From Eledone cirrhosa (lineage: Eukaryota), in NCBI GenBank assembly GCA_964016885.1, contig OZ024742.1:12152001-12216000 (forward strand): a stretch of 64,000 nucleotides of DNA. The letters run 5' to 3'. The notes below the pieces were generated by a model. The model searched no databases. It had not been told where the DNA came from and worked only from the letters and a program-made list of their open reading frames with translations. The number at the start of each line of letters is the position of its first letter. Position 1 is the first letter of the stretch. Position numbers and translations under genes: made by a program. Below, one piece after another: positions 25,554 to 38,982 of the stretch.

Positions 25554-25830
25554 TTTAGATATTTATATAATATCTATCGATCTGATGCAAGTTCGTATTT
25601 AACCTGTTTGTATTTTCGTTGTGGTAGTGGTAAGGTGGCAACATGTCTCCGGTCGCAATTTTCACTGTCATACCCTAACGTATTGCTATTACTCTGAGCT
25701 ATAATTTATCGATTTATCGATATCACCTCATTGAGTGCTTCGTGTCAGCCTCGGAAGATTGATTTCGAAACTGCTAATCGCAGCTGTAACTTCGATTTTA
25801 CTCACTATTATTATTATTACTATTATTGTT

Positions 25831-26057
25831 GTTGCTACTTTTGGCACAAGGCCAGCAATTACTCAGTGTATTACTGGTGGATTGGCAGTATCGGTAGAGG
25901 GTCGGACGCCATGTTTGACACATAGAGTTACGGCCCTGCCATTCTGAGTTCAAATCACGCCGAGGTTAACTTTGTCTTTCATCCTTACGGGGTCGATAAA
26001 ATAAAGTACCAGTAATGCACTGGGATAATTGCTGGCCTTGTGCCAAAAGTAGAAACA

Positions 26058-26104
<47 letters not shown>
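25831..26104 (+). mobile_element. SINE (25876-26057) with an inverted 3' fragment upstream and a (TTA)n tail
   Basis: 25831-25877 is the reverse complement of the SINE 3' end; tail 26058-26104. Confidence 0.9.
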
Positions 26105-26105
<1 letters not shown>

Positions 26106-29100
26106 TGCATTTATCTTGCTTTATGTTTATACGAGTTATCACCAAGTCACAACCAGTGACCTCAAGAGACAACAAGGTCCGCTATGTTCAAGAAAGAACA
26201 CACATACACACATGCATCTTTAGGTGTTTAGACTTGTGATGTACTTATATTGACATAATCTTCCTTAGTATATGGGCAGTTCCCATTAGTACTATCTTTT
26301 GTATTTCTCCTACACGTGGGTTTCCTGGGATTTGTGATAAGTAATCATTAGACCCCTTAGGTATCATTCCTAGAGCGCCTACAACCACTGGTATTGTTCT
26401 AGTTCTCAATTTCCACATTTTTCCAATTTCTATCTCCAGGTCCTTATACTTGCTCAATTTTTCAAATGTCTTTTTAGATACATTCTTGTCTATTGGAACG
26501 GACATATCAATTAGCGGCATTCCCTCTTTTTAAAGTCCTTCAGTATTATATCACGTCTATTTGCATATATTTTTCGGTCTGTTTGGATGCTAAAGTTCCA
26601 TAAGATTGAGATGTGATCTTTTTCAAGTACGAGAGGTGGTTGATGCTCCCACCAATTCTTTTGATGGGGCAGGTCAAAATGCTTACACATTATCCAATGT
26701 ATGTATTGTGCAGCCTTGTCGTGCCTATTTAGGTATTCGGTTGGAGCTATAGGACTGCACATTGAAATTATATGATCAATAGTTTCTGGTTGTTTTTTAC
26801 ATACACGACATAATGGGTTGTATCCATTTTTTATTATGTTGGCTTGGTAATTTTTTGTTGGCAGACACTGATCTTGTGCTGATATAATCAGTCCTTCAGT
26901 CTCCGATTTCAGTCCAGAAGATGCCAACCACTGATGGGTTAAAGTTTTGTCAACATCAGGATTGTTAGCTCTTTCTGGTTATTTTCCATACAGATGCTTT
27001 TCTTGCCATTTCTTAGCCAGTTTCTGTAGCAGTTCTTTCTTTGCAGTTACTTTTACCTGCTTTGCTTTTTCTGTGATTTTCATTTCAGCAGTAAATGGAA
27101 CTTCTGAAATTTGTAGTCCATTACTGTATCTTTGTGCATCTTTTGTAATGGAGTATGATCTTTTGATGCTTTCGTGTTTCAAAACGAGTTTGATCATCCA
27201 ATTGTTGCAGTTTTCAACGCAATGTCTAACCGGATTAACCCACGTCCTCCTTCTTTCCTAGGGAGATATATTCTATCTATGTCTGCCTTAGGGTGATGCA
27301 TTCTGTGCATGGTTAAGAATGTTCTAATTTTTGTATCGATTCTACGGATCTTTGTGCTTGACCAGTTAATGACATTGTAACTGTAGGTTACTACTGGTAT
27401 GGCAAGCGAGTTTATGGCATCGATCCTATTCCTTGCATTCAATTCCATTCTTAAGATTGCTCTTACTCTGCGGTAACATTCCTTCCTTATCCTTTCCCTC
27501 ATTGTCGAGTGCTTGATTCCGTCTCCTTCACAAACACCTAGATACTTGTAAGTTTCCTCTTGATCAAGTTCTATTATCACAGTCCCCCGATCAAGATTAA
27601 TATCTGAACTTTTCAGCAGCTTTCCTCTGGTGAACGTTGCTTTGGCGCATTTATCTAGTCCAAACTCCATTTTAATGTCTTCACTGAACTGCTTCACAGT
27701 GGATAATAGCCCTTGCAATTGTTCATCATTTTTTGCAAATAGTTTCAGGTCATCCATGTAGAACATGTGATTAATGGTTTTGTCATAGACTGTATATCCA
27801 TGTTTTTTTTCATTGAGCATTTTACTTAATGGTATAAGTGCGATGCAGAATAAAAGCGGTGATAAAGAGTCACCCTGAAAAAATCCACAATTAATATTAA
27901 CTTCTCCAGCTTCCAGTGATTTTGTTTCACTATTCAAAAGGAGTGTCGTTTTCCATGTCTTCATACTGAATGACAGGAACCTCGTGACAGCGGGAGATAT
28001 TTTGAAAATCTCTAAACATTTTTCAATCCAATTGTGTGGCAAACTATCGAATGCTTTTTTATAATCTATCCAAGCAATTCTGATAATTATGACAATCTTC
28101 CAGTATCATTTTGTTAACCAAAAGCTGATTTTAACAGCCATATGAGCTTCGTTTACACCCTTTCTGCTCATTGGGAAATAGATCATTTGTTATCAGGTGG
28201 TCATATGTATATTCAATTAAGACTGATGTTATATTTTCCCATGTTTGTTCCTCAAGGTGAGCTGTATCTTTCATTTGTCTGTCTATCCATGGGGCATGTA
28301 TATTATGAACTTTTTCTTCGGCCCAGATCTTTTCCCAGAATTCTTGCACTTCCTCCTTGGGTGGTATTGATTTAGCAGTTATTCTTGACTTGCTAATTTT
28401 TCTGTAGAAGTTTCTTTGGTTGTTTTTTAACATATTATTGTCCTTATAGAATCTAGATCGTTTTTCAAAGCGCCTTATACGAGCAGCTTTGGCCGACACA
28501 TTTTGCTTGATTATTTCTATCAGCATGTCTATGTCACTTGTTGATTTTATACTGTATTTTCTTTTTAATTTTCTAAATTTATTTTGTTTAATATGTTCAC
28601 CTACTTTGTAGTTTGTTAAAATTTCTATGTCAGATCGGAGAAGGTTTATTTGGCGATTGATGTTCTCTTTATTTTGTCATTTTCACTCCACATAAGTGAG
28701 TGGTGACTTTAGCCGATGCATAATAGAGATGATTTAGATCAGTAATGTTTAGTTTGTTTGTGATGATAATGTTTTTAAGAATTATGTTAGTCTTGTGTAT
28801 TATCTTTTTGTTCTGTTTGGAGTTCTGGATCTTAGGGAGAAGGTCTCGTTCCCCCCCAGTCAGATTCTTTCATTTTCATCCATTCGATCATAATTTCATC
28901 CTTCAAGTTGGCAAGTTTATTCTCATTCATTTCTTTATCATTTACAATCTCATTGTTTTCATTTTGAGTTTCATCTTGAGCATGCACTCCCTCCACTTTT
29001 TCGATCCTTTCTTTAATTTGTTCTGTTGTCAGTGATTCCGCCCTAATCCTGGGATTCGAAGTGTTACAATTTACCTCGTTTTCACTGACACATGTTTCAT

Positions 29101-30695
29101 TTTCCCTTCGCTGACTTTGTGCTAATAGCTTGATCTGATCAATTTCTATATCAGTTAGTAACTTTTTTTAACAATATTTCTTCGTATATTGGCTAGTTTG
29201 TTACTGTCAATATAGCCTCTGTTTTCGGGATGTTTCTTTTTCCAGTTGATATATGTCTGTTCTGTATTCGATGTATTTGATGGGTAGTACATGGCAGTGT
29301 AGAAAACCTCAAGGACTTCTTTATTATCTTCCCTTGACCATTTTTCTCTCTTTTTCTTTGGATTTCTTGGTGGTGAGCATGGAGGACCAACAGTGGGAGT
29401 ATTCCGGTTATGGGAGGTCTCCAGCTCCGAAGTGATGGGAAGGTTTGAAGCATTAGCTGATTTTTTTACCCCAGTCTGGTTCCTCTCTGAGGGACGCGGC
29501 CCTTTTTGACCCGGGTGACGGCGGATCCGGTATGAGATTTTATCATTTGACATTTACTTTATTTTGTCGCGTTATATCCTTAACCGCCAAGGGGCAATCA
29601 TTTCGTGTTACCACTTCTAGGACGAGTGTCAACCAAGACTAGAAGGGTCGTCCTCCCCTAGAGACACGGCTATTCCCCGCGGCCGCCATCCCGGTATTTC
29701 TTGGTCACGGGGTTTACTTTTTTTGTTGTTTTTTAAATTGTTATTATTATTAGTGGTTCCTTAATGTGAGCATTGCGTGGCTTAAGAATGAAATTATTAT
29801 TAATAATATAATATACTTTTTGTTGAAATTGCCTGTTATTGTTGTTGGCTATGTCGGTGGTGGTGCTGGGGCTTTTTCTATTGTTGGTGGGGAAGGGAGA
29901 GCTAGCAGTTCCATAGTCGTTGACGTTTGACCGGTCATTAAGTCAGTCTATTTATATCTTTTCCAAGCCTCTCCCTTATCTAGTGATACCGCGACCTTCC
30001 CCTTTCTTAAGTTAACAGAAGGTAGTGGGGGAATAGTGGTGGTAGCAATGAAGGAGTGGTGGCGGCGGTGATGGGATAGTGGTAGCAATGATGGAGTGGT
30101 GGCGGCGGTGACTATAGTGATGGCGTTGTCGTTACTGAGTTCTGTTGAATAGACTGTAGTAGTATGCGTTTGTTTGATCTGTATATCTATGCGGTTTGTC
30201 GCGTATGTTTAATATATGTGGAGATATTTGAATTATGTGGTAATATTTGAATTAAACATTTTGAGAAAATTTGAGATACAATAATAGTAATTATTATTAT
30301 TATGCTGGGATTGGTGGTGGTGGTGGTGGTGAAATTGCCGTTATCTGGCTGTTGTATTTAGTGTACACAGAGGGATGATGGGATAGGTGGTGTATCTAGG
30401 TTGTGGCGTTGGTGAAATTGCTGTTATTTGGCTGTTCTATATAGTGTAGACAGAGGGGTTTTCTTCCATTTATAACCATTTTCTTTTTCGAATATAAAAT
30501 TTACAATACAATATTGAATATTTGAGCGATATAACAGGATATTATGGGTCTCATTTCCTGAGAGCTAAGCCTGGTGCTTCATGTCCCATTTGTACTACGA
30601 ATTGTTATATCACAATTATTTTAAATATGTTAAAAATCAAAAACCTACGGGAGCGATTCCATAACACTCTATCCACCACGTGCGTCTTCTTCCTT
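26105..30695 (-). mobile_element. R4/Dong-clade RLE LINE, family B (defective, internal deletion near 28210)
   Basis: Broken ORF 29553 to 26245: [58 protein letters not shown]; (TAA)n at both ends on its own strand. Confidence 0.92.
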
Positions 30696-30712
30696 TATTC
30701 TTCTTCTTCTTC

Positions 30713-30748
<36 letters not shown>

Positions 30749-30779
30749 GACGACCTTGATTTCATGGTAGTTCCAAATC

Positions 30780-31166
30780 CATTTTATTCCAATTTAATTT
30801 GAAAAGGAAAATCAGGGTTGAGAGGGAAGTGCTCTCTTTCCAGCTCTTTGTTGAAAGATGGGTGAGAGAGGCAAGAATGGTCCGAGTGAATGGACCTACT
30901 CTGAGTATATGCCTGTAAATTGAAGGTGGAAAACTGGGAGAGGACACTCGCCCTGGTGGTCGGGGTCACTGTGGCCTTTTTTTTAATGGGCTTTCTCCAC
31001 GATGGCCCTCGGAGGTCTCCCCCCATTGGGGAATTTTTCATTGTTCTTTTATTACATCCTCTGTTTTTTTTTACGCGCAGAAATGCCCATGTGTACCGTC
31101 CTCTATTGTCCTGTACTGTCCTTAATGTCTACTTTGTGTAAACCCTTGTGGTTAATAAAGAAAGCA
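30780..31166 (+). mobile_element. Tx1-like LINE 3' end fragment
   Basis: Closely matches 54340-54740 (LKRKIRVEREVL.. plus 3' UTR ending aataaagaaagca then (TTA)n). Confidence 0.9.
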
Positions 31167-31189
31167 TTATTATTATTATTATTATTATT

Positions 31190-34100
31190 GTTCTTTGAGT
31201 CTCAGTCATTGATGTTAGTTAACTGGAAACTTTATTGAAATGAATATCAAGCCACTACCTGCAGCCTCAGATATTCAGGACGTATCGGAGGGTTCATGCT
31301 GATCCCAGCAAGCATGCCTTTTGAAGTGTTCCAAAAAGCGGGGCGGGGCCAATTTTCCTTAACCATCCCTGGAAACTTTTTGAGATAGTACCTAGTGCGC
31401 CTATGACAATCGGGACCACTTTGACTTCATGGCAGTTCCAAATCCTTTTTACCTCCCACTTTAAGTCCTGATATCGGGTAATTTTCTCCCTCTCCTTCTC
31501 TTGCACTCTCGTGTCTAATGGGCAGGCCACATCCACAATCAGGCACGATCTTTTTTCCTTGTCCAAAACCACCAGGTCAGGTTTATTGTGTTCCAGTTTC
31601 TTGTCCGTCTGTATCCTAAAATCCCATAGCACCTTCACCTGATCGTTTTCTATCACCGACTCTGGCTTATGCTCATACCACTTCTCAGAATGTGGTAAAT
31701 TGTTTACTTTGCATAGATGCCAGTGGATCATCCTGCCCATCACATCACTTTATAGTGAGTCTGGGTTAGGTGTTTACACTCGGATACAATGTGAGCCACA
31801 GTCTCCTCTCTCTCTCTCCACAGACCCTGCACAGTGGGCTAGCCTCCTCCTTGTAAATATGGTGTTTCAGCCACTTCGTTTTGAGGGCCTGCTCTTGCGC
31901 AGCCATTAGCATTCCTTCTGTAGCCTTTTTAAGGTCTCCTCTTCTCAACCAGTTCCATGTCTGTGGATCTCTGAATTCCATTTTCTCAATGAAGGTACTA
32001 TGAAGGGATTTTTCATGAAGGCTGCTCTCTCTCCTCGTTGTTATTTCCTCCTTGGACATCCCCTGGTCTATTGTCCTCTCCTTCAGTACAATTCTGAGTA
32101 TTGGTTCCTTACTATCGGTCACGTATTTGTGTAGGTTGTTTTTCTCCATTTGAACACAGTCCTCTATGCTGATAAGACCTCTTCATCTTCAGATCTCCTT
32201 AAGTAGACATAACTCCTCTTGTGGAACATGTTGTAGATAGTCAATAGCTTCCTAGTCTTCCTATCCAGTTCTTTTTGTTCAGCAACATTCCATCTCAGAA
32301 ATCCCGCACTGTACCTAATAATAGACACAGCTCGGGAATTTACTGCACTTATGGCATTCCTACTGTTCAGATGTGACTTTAATATGCTCCTTATTCTCCG
32401 AATGTATTCAGATCTTATCAATTCCTTCATTCTTTTGTTCTTCATGTCATCAGCCTCCAGAATACCCAAATACTTGTATCCTTCTTCAGTGTCAATTTCC
32501 TTTATCATCTCACCTGTTGGTACCTGGATTCCGTTGCTTCTGCGCAATTTGCCCCTCTTCATCACAAGGACTCCACACTTACTAATATCAAATTGCATAC
32601 ATATATCATTGCTGAAAATACGGACAGTGTCAACAAGCACATCCAACTCCTTCTCACTCTTCTCGAAGAACTTAAGATCCTCCATGAAGAGGAGGTGATT
32701 GATGGTAAGCTCTCCCTCTCCCAACTTGTATCCTGCTCTCACTTTTCGCAGTATAATGGTCAGGGGCATCAGGGCAAGGACAAACAACAGAGGGGACAGA
32801 CTATCTCCCTGGAAGATACCTCTCTTGATCTTCACGCCTCCCAAGGATTCTCCAGCCGATGTTAACTCTGTTTCCCAGGACTTCATACTTTTTCTCAACA
32901 ATTGTCTGATGTTATCTGCCACCTTGAAGATCTCTAGGCTTTTGGTGATCCAAGAATGAGGCAACATGTCAAATGCCTTTTTGTAGTCTATACATCCCAT
33001 GGCAATATAAGTGTGTCTCCTCTTGCAATTCCTCATTACCATCTTATCAATAAGTAACTGGTCCTTTGTACCACGGGACTTCTCTCGGCATCCTTTCTGT
33101 TCGTCCGGTAACAAGTTGTTTATGTGGAGGTGATGGTAGATTTCCTCAGACACAATGCTTGTTAACAGTTTCCACATTACGGACAGACATATGATAGGTC
33201 AATAGTTGGTAACATCATTACCCTTGATTCGGTCTTTCATTACCAGAACTGTGGTACCTTTTGTCAACCGCTCTGTAACCTCACCTGACATCAAGCAGAC
33301 ATTGAACATGGTTGTCAGTTTCGGATGGAGGGATGTTATATTTTTAGTCCAATACCCCTGCACACCATCTGGGCCTGGTGATTTCCAGATGGTTACTTTT
33401 TTGGCCTGCTCCTTAAGAGTTTCAACTGTGATACTCAAATCAGTTTGTTGGTGTGCCTGTTCACTAATCTCCCTTTGTACTGTCTCAATCTACACTGCCT
33501 GGTCATTATGTTTAACATCCTGCTCCCATATTCCTCTCCAGAATGTCTTAGTTTGTTCCGTCCCAGGGATCAAGTCGTTGCCTCTTTCTTTCCCTTCAAG
33601 CTGTCCAAACAACATCTTCTGGTTGTTGTCAAACATGCTGTTCTGCCTATACTGACTGACTCTGCTCTCACATCGCCTAATTTTTGCACTCTTTGCTACA
33701 ATGCGTTGCTTCAGTTCCTCTATGATAATATTTAGCTTTTTCCACCTAGTTTTGTACTTTATTTCCAGTCTATTTTTAGTGTCTATATTTTTTAGTGTCC
33801 CATTCAGTAGGGACTCAAGCTTTCCAATGTCATTTATCATTTCCATGATTTGACCATTAAGTCGTTTCTTCCACCAAGGTTCTGATCTTTCTTGTTTGTT
33901 GTTTCCTCTCGCTTTTATACCAAGTAATTTCCTCACCGCATTTGTTGTTGCTTTGAGGATATTGTTGCACTGGTGAAGGCTCCTCGCCTCAAGGTATGGG
34001 ATGACTTTGTCTACCTTAGCCGTTGTTTCTTTTAACTTTTTCCTGTCTACAAATCTTAGGTTTCCCACTATCATTGTTCATTTCATCTACCACTAAGTTT

Positions 34101-35567
34101 AGGATATCAACCAAATCTTGTCCTAGCCCGTCAACATTCATTTCCTCAATGGCCATTTCTTTGTTCCAGGTATTATTTATTTCAGCATTCAGATCATTGT
34201 CTGCTTCGGATGCTTCCTCCGTTCTCTCAACCTCTTCTCCTTCATCTCCCACTGGCTCGTTTGCCTGGCCTACTCCACTCTCCATTTCCAATCTAATCTC
34301 TCTGCTGAGTTCCTTCAGTTCCAGCTCTCTTATCCACCCATTAGTTCTTATTACACGAGCCTACCCGGCCAATTTTTGTTCATCTAATTTAAGTAGATCC
34401 GTTTCCTATAGCCTTTATGCATCCGTTTCCTATAGCCTTTTTCCTTGGGGTTACTCTTCAGGTAACATTGCATAACAGTTCTATTCAATTCTTTCGTCCA
34501 GTTGGTTCTGGTCCCTTTCCTTCTTCTTCTTCCTCCAACACCAGCAGTATTTGGGTGACAGCCAGGTCCCTGCTGCTGGGCCAGGGAGCACCTGCTTGGT
34601 GAGAGTATGTCACATGACATTCCAGTCTCTTCTTCACCGTTATTCGAACTGTTTAGGTTCGACGTTTAAACACTCATATCGAGGATTGGTGAATGTATGG
34701 GTTACATAACCACCGGTGATTTCATCACCCCCAGTGATTTGATCACCCTCGGTGATTTTAGCGTGGCACTATCACGCTGTAGACGAACATAAATAAACAA
34801 ACAAACAAACAGGTAAAAACCTAAAAAAATAAGCATAAGTTTCATTGTAATGTAATGTTTGAATGTCTGACTTAGTTTTTTGTTTGTTTGTCTGTTTATT
34901 TGTTTTTCTTTTCTTTTTTCTTTTCTTTGCGTTTTTCGTTGCTGCTGTGCTGTTTTGATTTTGATTTTTGATTTTTTGATTTTTCGACCGGGTCATCAAA
35001 TCAGTCTATTTATATCTTTTGATACCTTCCTCACTTAGTAGGAATACTATGATGCCTGTCTTAGCAGGGGGTAGTGGGAGAGAATAGCGGCGGTAGCGAT
35101 AATGAGGCAGTGGTGGTGATGTGCTAGTAGTACTTAGCAGGAGGTAGTGGGAGAGAATAGCGGCGGTAGCGATAATGAGGCAGTGGTTGTGGTGGTGATG
35201 TGATCGTAGTACTGTAGTGATGGTGTTGAAGTTGAAGTAGAAATAGAAGTTGAGGTAACTTGACTAGAGTGTTTGGTGTGGTAGTGGTGATGGTGGTGGT
35301 GGTGGTGTTGGTGGTGAAATTGCCTGTCTGTCCACGTAGCCATTTTCCTCTTTTTTTACTATAACATTTCTGATCCAAAATTAAATATTAAATATTGGGG
35401 CCCTATGCCATAATGTGATGCGTTGTCGCCTGCTGAGGGTTAAAACTGTAATATTATGCTTCATTTGTAATAAGAATTATACTATCACAGTTGTTTTAAA
35501 TATGTAAATATCAAAAACATAAGGAGCGATTCCAGAAGGATATATATACCATGTGCGTTTCTTCCCT
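31190..35567 (-). mobile_element. R4/Dong-clade LINE, copy A2 (full-length termini, defective)
   Basis: High-identity reverse complement of 2481-7014 minus the SINE; (TTA)n on both sides. Confidence 0.93.
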
Positions 35568-36110
35568 TATTATTATTATTATTATTGGTCTAATCGGACG
35601 TATTTTGCCTGTTAAAATTTATTTGCCTGTTAAAATTATTTGTTGTTAAATATTTCTTCTTGTGTAAGGGATATAAGCCCTTAGACTTTGCCCTGTGAAG
35701 GGGAAAGTATAATATTTGAGCCTTTTGGCCCAAATATTTGAACTTTTTTTTACATGTTAAAAAATTTACGGAGAACCCCCCCCCCCCCAAAAAAAAAACA
35801 TGGCTGAACCACGCCCCCCAGCGATATGTCGGCTGTCGTGCGACAACGACGTGGAAGTTGAGAGGAGCGCTACAGCGAAATTAACACAAATTGATAACAC
35901 AAACACCACCACAAACAATGTAAACAAAGACACCAATGATATCAATGAGATCTCTAATTTGAAAAAAATGACAGTAACAACCTAAACGAAAATACAGATA
36001 ACAAAGAAAAAATTACAAATGCAACAACAATATAAACACCACTCACATGAAAACAAATAGCAACAATACCAACACCAACAGCAACAATACCAACTGCACC
36101 GAGAACAACG

Positions 36111-37334
36111 GTGGCAAGAAAGACAACAATGATAACAGCGACAGTGATAACAACAACACCTAACAAGAACAACGACAACAACGCCCCCAATGAAAACAAG
36201 AACACTTTCGCTGCGGCAGCAGCCAAAAAGAGTCCATGCTTCAACATGGACCTCTCAAACAAAGATGAAAAGTTGGCCCAGGCATGGAAGCTCATCAATC
36301 AAGAGCAAACCTGGGCCAACTTAACTGCCCCGGTAGAAGCTATTAAGGCAGTGGAGCGCAAAACGGTGCATTATAGATGCATCTCAGCACAAACCAAAAG
36401 GGCAGCTTTAATCCCACAAGAAGATGTCGAAGACGCGCTGAGGTGCATCAGAGAAGACACCCAGTACATAGAGAGGGGCAGACAGTACGGCACCATTTCG
36501 GTGTTGTTCAAGTCAGAAGCCCTCGCTATGAAACACGCTATGACTCCATGCAAAACCAGCAAGGTCATAATGTACCCCTCCCACATGGGAAAAAGAACGG
36601 CCCGTCTCCGCATTCCCAGAATCCCACCAGGACTTGACATGTGGTGGCTTCTGGGATGTGTGATTGTGGAGGGGACAGATACCGTCCCTATAGAAGTTAC
36701 CAGAACGGCCAGAGAGGACTGGTCCGGGGTTGACCTGGAGATGCTTCTCCAGATCAGGCCCGAGAATGTGAAGACAATCTCGGACCACATCCGCCTTCAG
36801 AATGGGACGGTCATTCACATTATAACCGAAGGCAAAAGGCCGCAGTGTTTTGTTTGTGGGGAAAAAACCCATTTGCGAGCCTTCTGCCCTCAACTGCCGA
36901 AAGAGACAAGGGGTCGAAAGGCTCCACTGCTGCCGACGCCGGGGCGAGGACCACAACCAACACCAGTACCGGCAAAACCACCAACAACAACACCAATAGA
37001 AAGACCACCACCAACATTGATCACCCAGAGGGGAAACGAGGAAAGCTGTCAAATTCCCCCTCCCCCCAAAAATACACACACCAATAAAACCATAAACATA
37101 CATACAGACACACTTACAGACACAGACCCCTCATCTACCAGTAGTGAAGGTGAGGGAAAACCAAAATCCCCCAAAATACAAAAAGGGAAACACAAAAAGA
37201 AAAAAAACTCAATAAAACACAAAATCACCCACAATAAAAAACGCAGACACCACCCACGCAAACATCTCTCCAATAACACCAACATCAACACCACCATCAC
37301 TATCACCAGAATCCCCCAAACGCACACCATCTAA
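36111..37334 (+). CDS. Tx1-like ORF1 (gag-like) with CCHC zinc knuckle; true start probably upstream and disrupted
   Basis: TFAAAA motif; CFVCGEKTHLRAFC (C-x2-C-x4-H-x4-C). Confidence 0.8.
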   Translation: MARKTTMITATVITTTPNKNNDNNAPNENKNTFAAAAAKKSPCFNMDLSNKDEKLAQAWKLINQEQTWANLTAPVEAIKAVERKTVHYRCISAQTKRAALIPQEDVEDALRCIREDTQYIERGRQYGTISVLFKSEALAMKHAMTPCKTSKVIMYPSHMGKRTARLRIPRIPPGLDMWWLLGCVIVEGTDTVPIEVTRTAREDWSGVDLEMLLQIRPENVKTISDHIRLQNGTVIHIITEGKRPQCFVCGEKTHLRAFCPQLPKETRGRKAPLLPTPGRGPQPTPVPAKPPTTTPIERPPPTLITQRGNEESCQIPPPPKNTHTNKTINIHTDTLTDTDPSSTSSEGEGKPKSPKIQKGKHKKKKNSIKHKITHNKKRRHHPRKHLSNNTNINTTITITRIPQTHTI

Positions 37335-37788
37335 ACAGACGCAAGAACAAATATACACACAAACATCTGAAACCACAGACACCGCACTCACTACAAACAC
37401 AACCGAAACAATACCACCAAAACCATCACCACGACAGCCACGCAAACAAATAAAATCACACCAACAAAACTTACAAAAGTTTCCTGCTCGTCAGGAGGGC
37501 CAACAAGGAACTGATGTGAAAATATACAAAAAGTGGGGGAAATTTTGAAATCGAGCACATTTCGCATGCCGTAAGATTTGGTTCTGGTGCGAATGTCAGT
37601 CGAATTATACAAAGAAATACGAGACAGCTTTCCTCGGGACGTGGCAAACCGAACGTAAAACCAACTTCAAGACTTTTAAGGGGGTTCCCAAAGGAAACCC
37701 CACCAACTATGGAGGTCGAACAACCCGACCTTCACAAGAGCCCGGAAGGTAAGTAAACCTTTCCTCTCTCTCTTTTTAACCTGCCAAC

Positions 37789-38648
37789 ATGGCCGTATTA
37801 AGAGTAGGATGTTTAAATGTTCGAGGCCTGGGATCGTCCTGGAAGCAGGGTCACCTGCTCAATGACCTCAGATCTCTAGAAATGGATGTAATTGCCGTCA
37901 GCGAGACCAGGATTTCCGACACGCGCGAACTAGCCTACATTTTCGACGACTATCAGATCTTTGCATCTGTTAGCCGGCCGGGAATGGGAGGCGGGGTGGC
38001 AGTGCTGTTTAGGAAACGCTTGGATCTCGAGGTAAGGTCCATCTTCCGGGAACCGGACGGGAAGTTGGTGGTCCTGGACGTGAACAATAACGAAGGTGGT
38101 GCCTTTAGACTGGTGGCCGTCTATGCTCCTACTGGGGAAGTGAGGCCGGACTTCTTTAGACGCCTGGAAGCCTTTCTGGGCATGTCTTGCCCTTTACTGT
38201 TAGCGGGGGACTGGAACGCCATCTTAGACGCACGCTGGGACTGTGTGGGAGTATCCGATAGGAGCGAGGGGTGCAAAAGCCTAAAGAACCTGATCAGCCA
38301 GTTCCAACTGTCTGACAGGTACCGACTAGATTTCCTTAATGCGCCAGTGTGGACCTGGGCTAACCGCATAGGGTCATCTAGATCGTATATAGACAGGATA
38401 TTCATTAGGAAAATAGACAGAAATAGTATAAGCTGTCCACGTTTTGAAACAGTCGCCTATTCAGATCACAAGTTTGTGATCTGTATGGTCGACCTAGATA
38501 AGACGCGTAGGTTAGGACCTGGTTACTGGAAGCTAAACATGTCATTTCCGGCACGTAAGGCTTACAGGGACCAGGTCAACAATTTAGTTAAGAAAAAGTT
38601 GACAAGGGGAGTCGTCAACAATAGATGGTGGGGGGCTCTCACAAGAGT
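37789..38648 (+). CDS. Tx1-like ORF2 APE endonuclease, truncated
   Basis: LNVRGL, SETR, VYAP, GDWN, SYIDR, SDH, GYWKLN. Confidence 0.9.
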
Positions 38649-38902
38649 ATATATATATTAGAGAGAATCGGTGGGGCGGGGCAAGAGCTCAACAGTCGGG
38701 CCCCGACCCTCTCTCTAATATTGTTACACTCTACTATCCCAAGTACCGAGTACTCTGTCTTACTAGTTTAAAACTGGTAAAATCTCGATCTATATATATG
38801 TATATTTATATATGTGTGCGTGTGTGTATATATATTCATATGTGTTTGTATTTATATATATTTGTATGTATGTGTGTATATATACTCATTTATATATATG
38901 GG

Positions 38903-38982
<80 letters not shown>

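Larger units (their letters stand above)
35587..38648 (+). mobile_element. Tx1/L1-clade LINE 5' part: 5' UTR, ORF1 and endonuclease, broken at a TA run
   Basis: Starts right after (TTA)n; contains the two ORFs listed next. Confidence 0.88.

Noticed and set aside
25735-25790. HHR-like cggaaga..gaaactgc..gcag
   Set aside because: Core, stem II and cleavage triplet all deviate; single copy.
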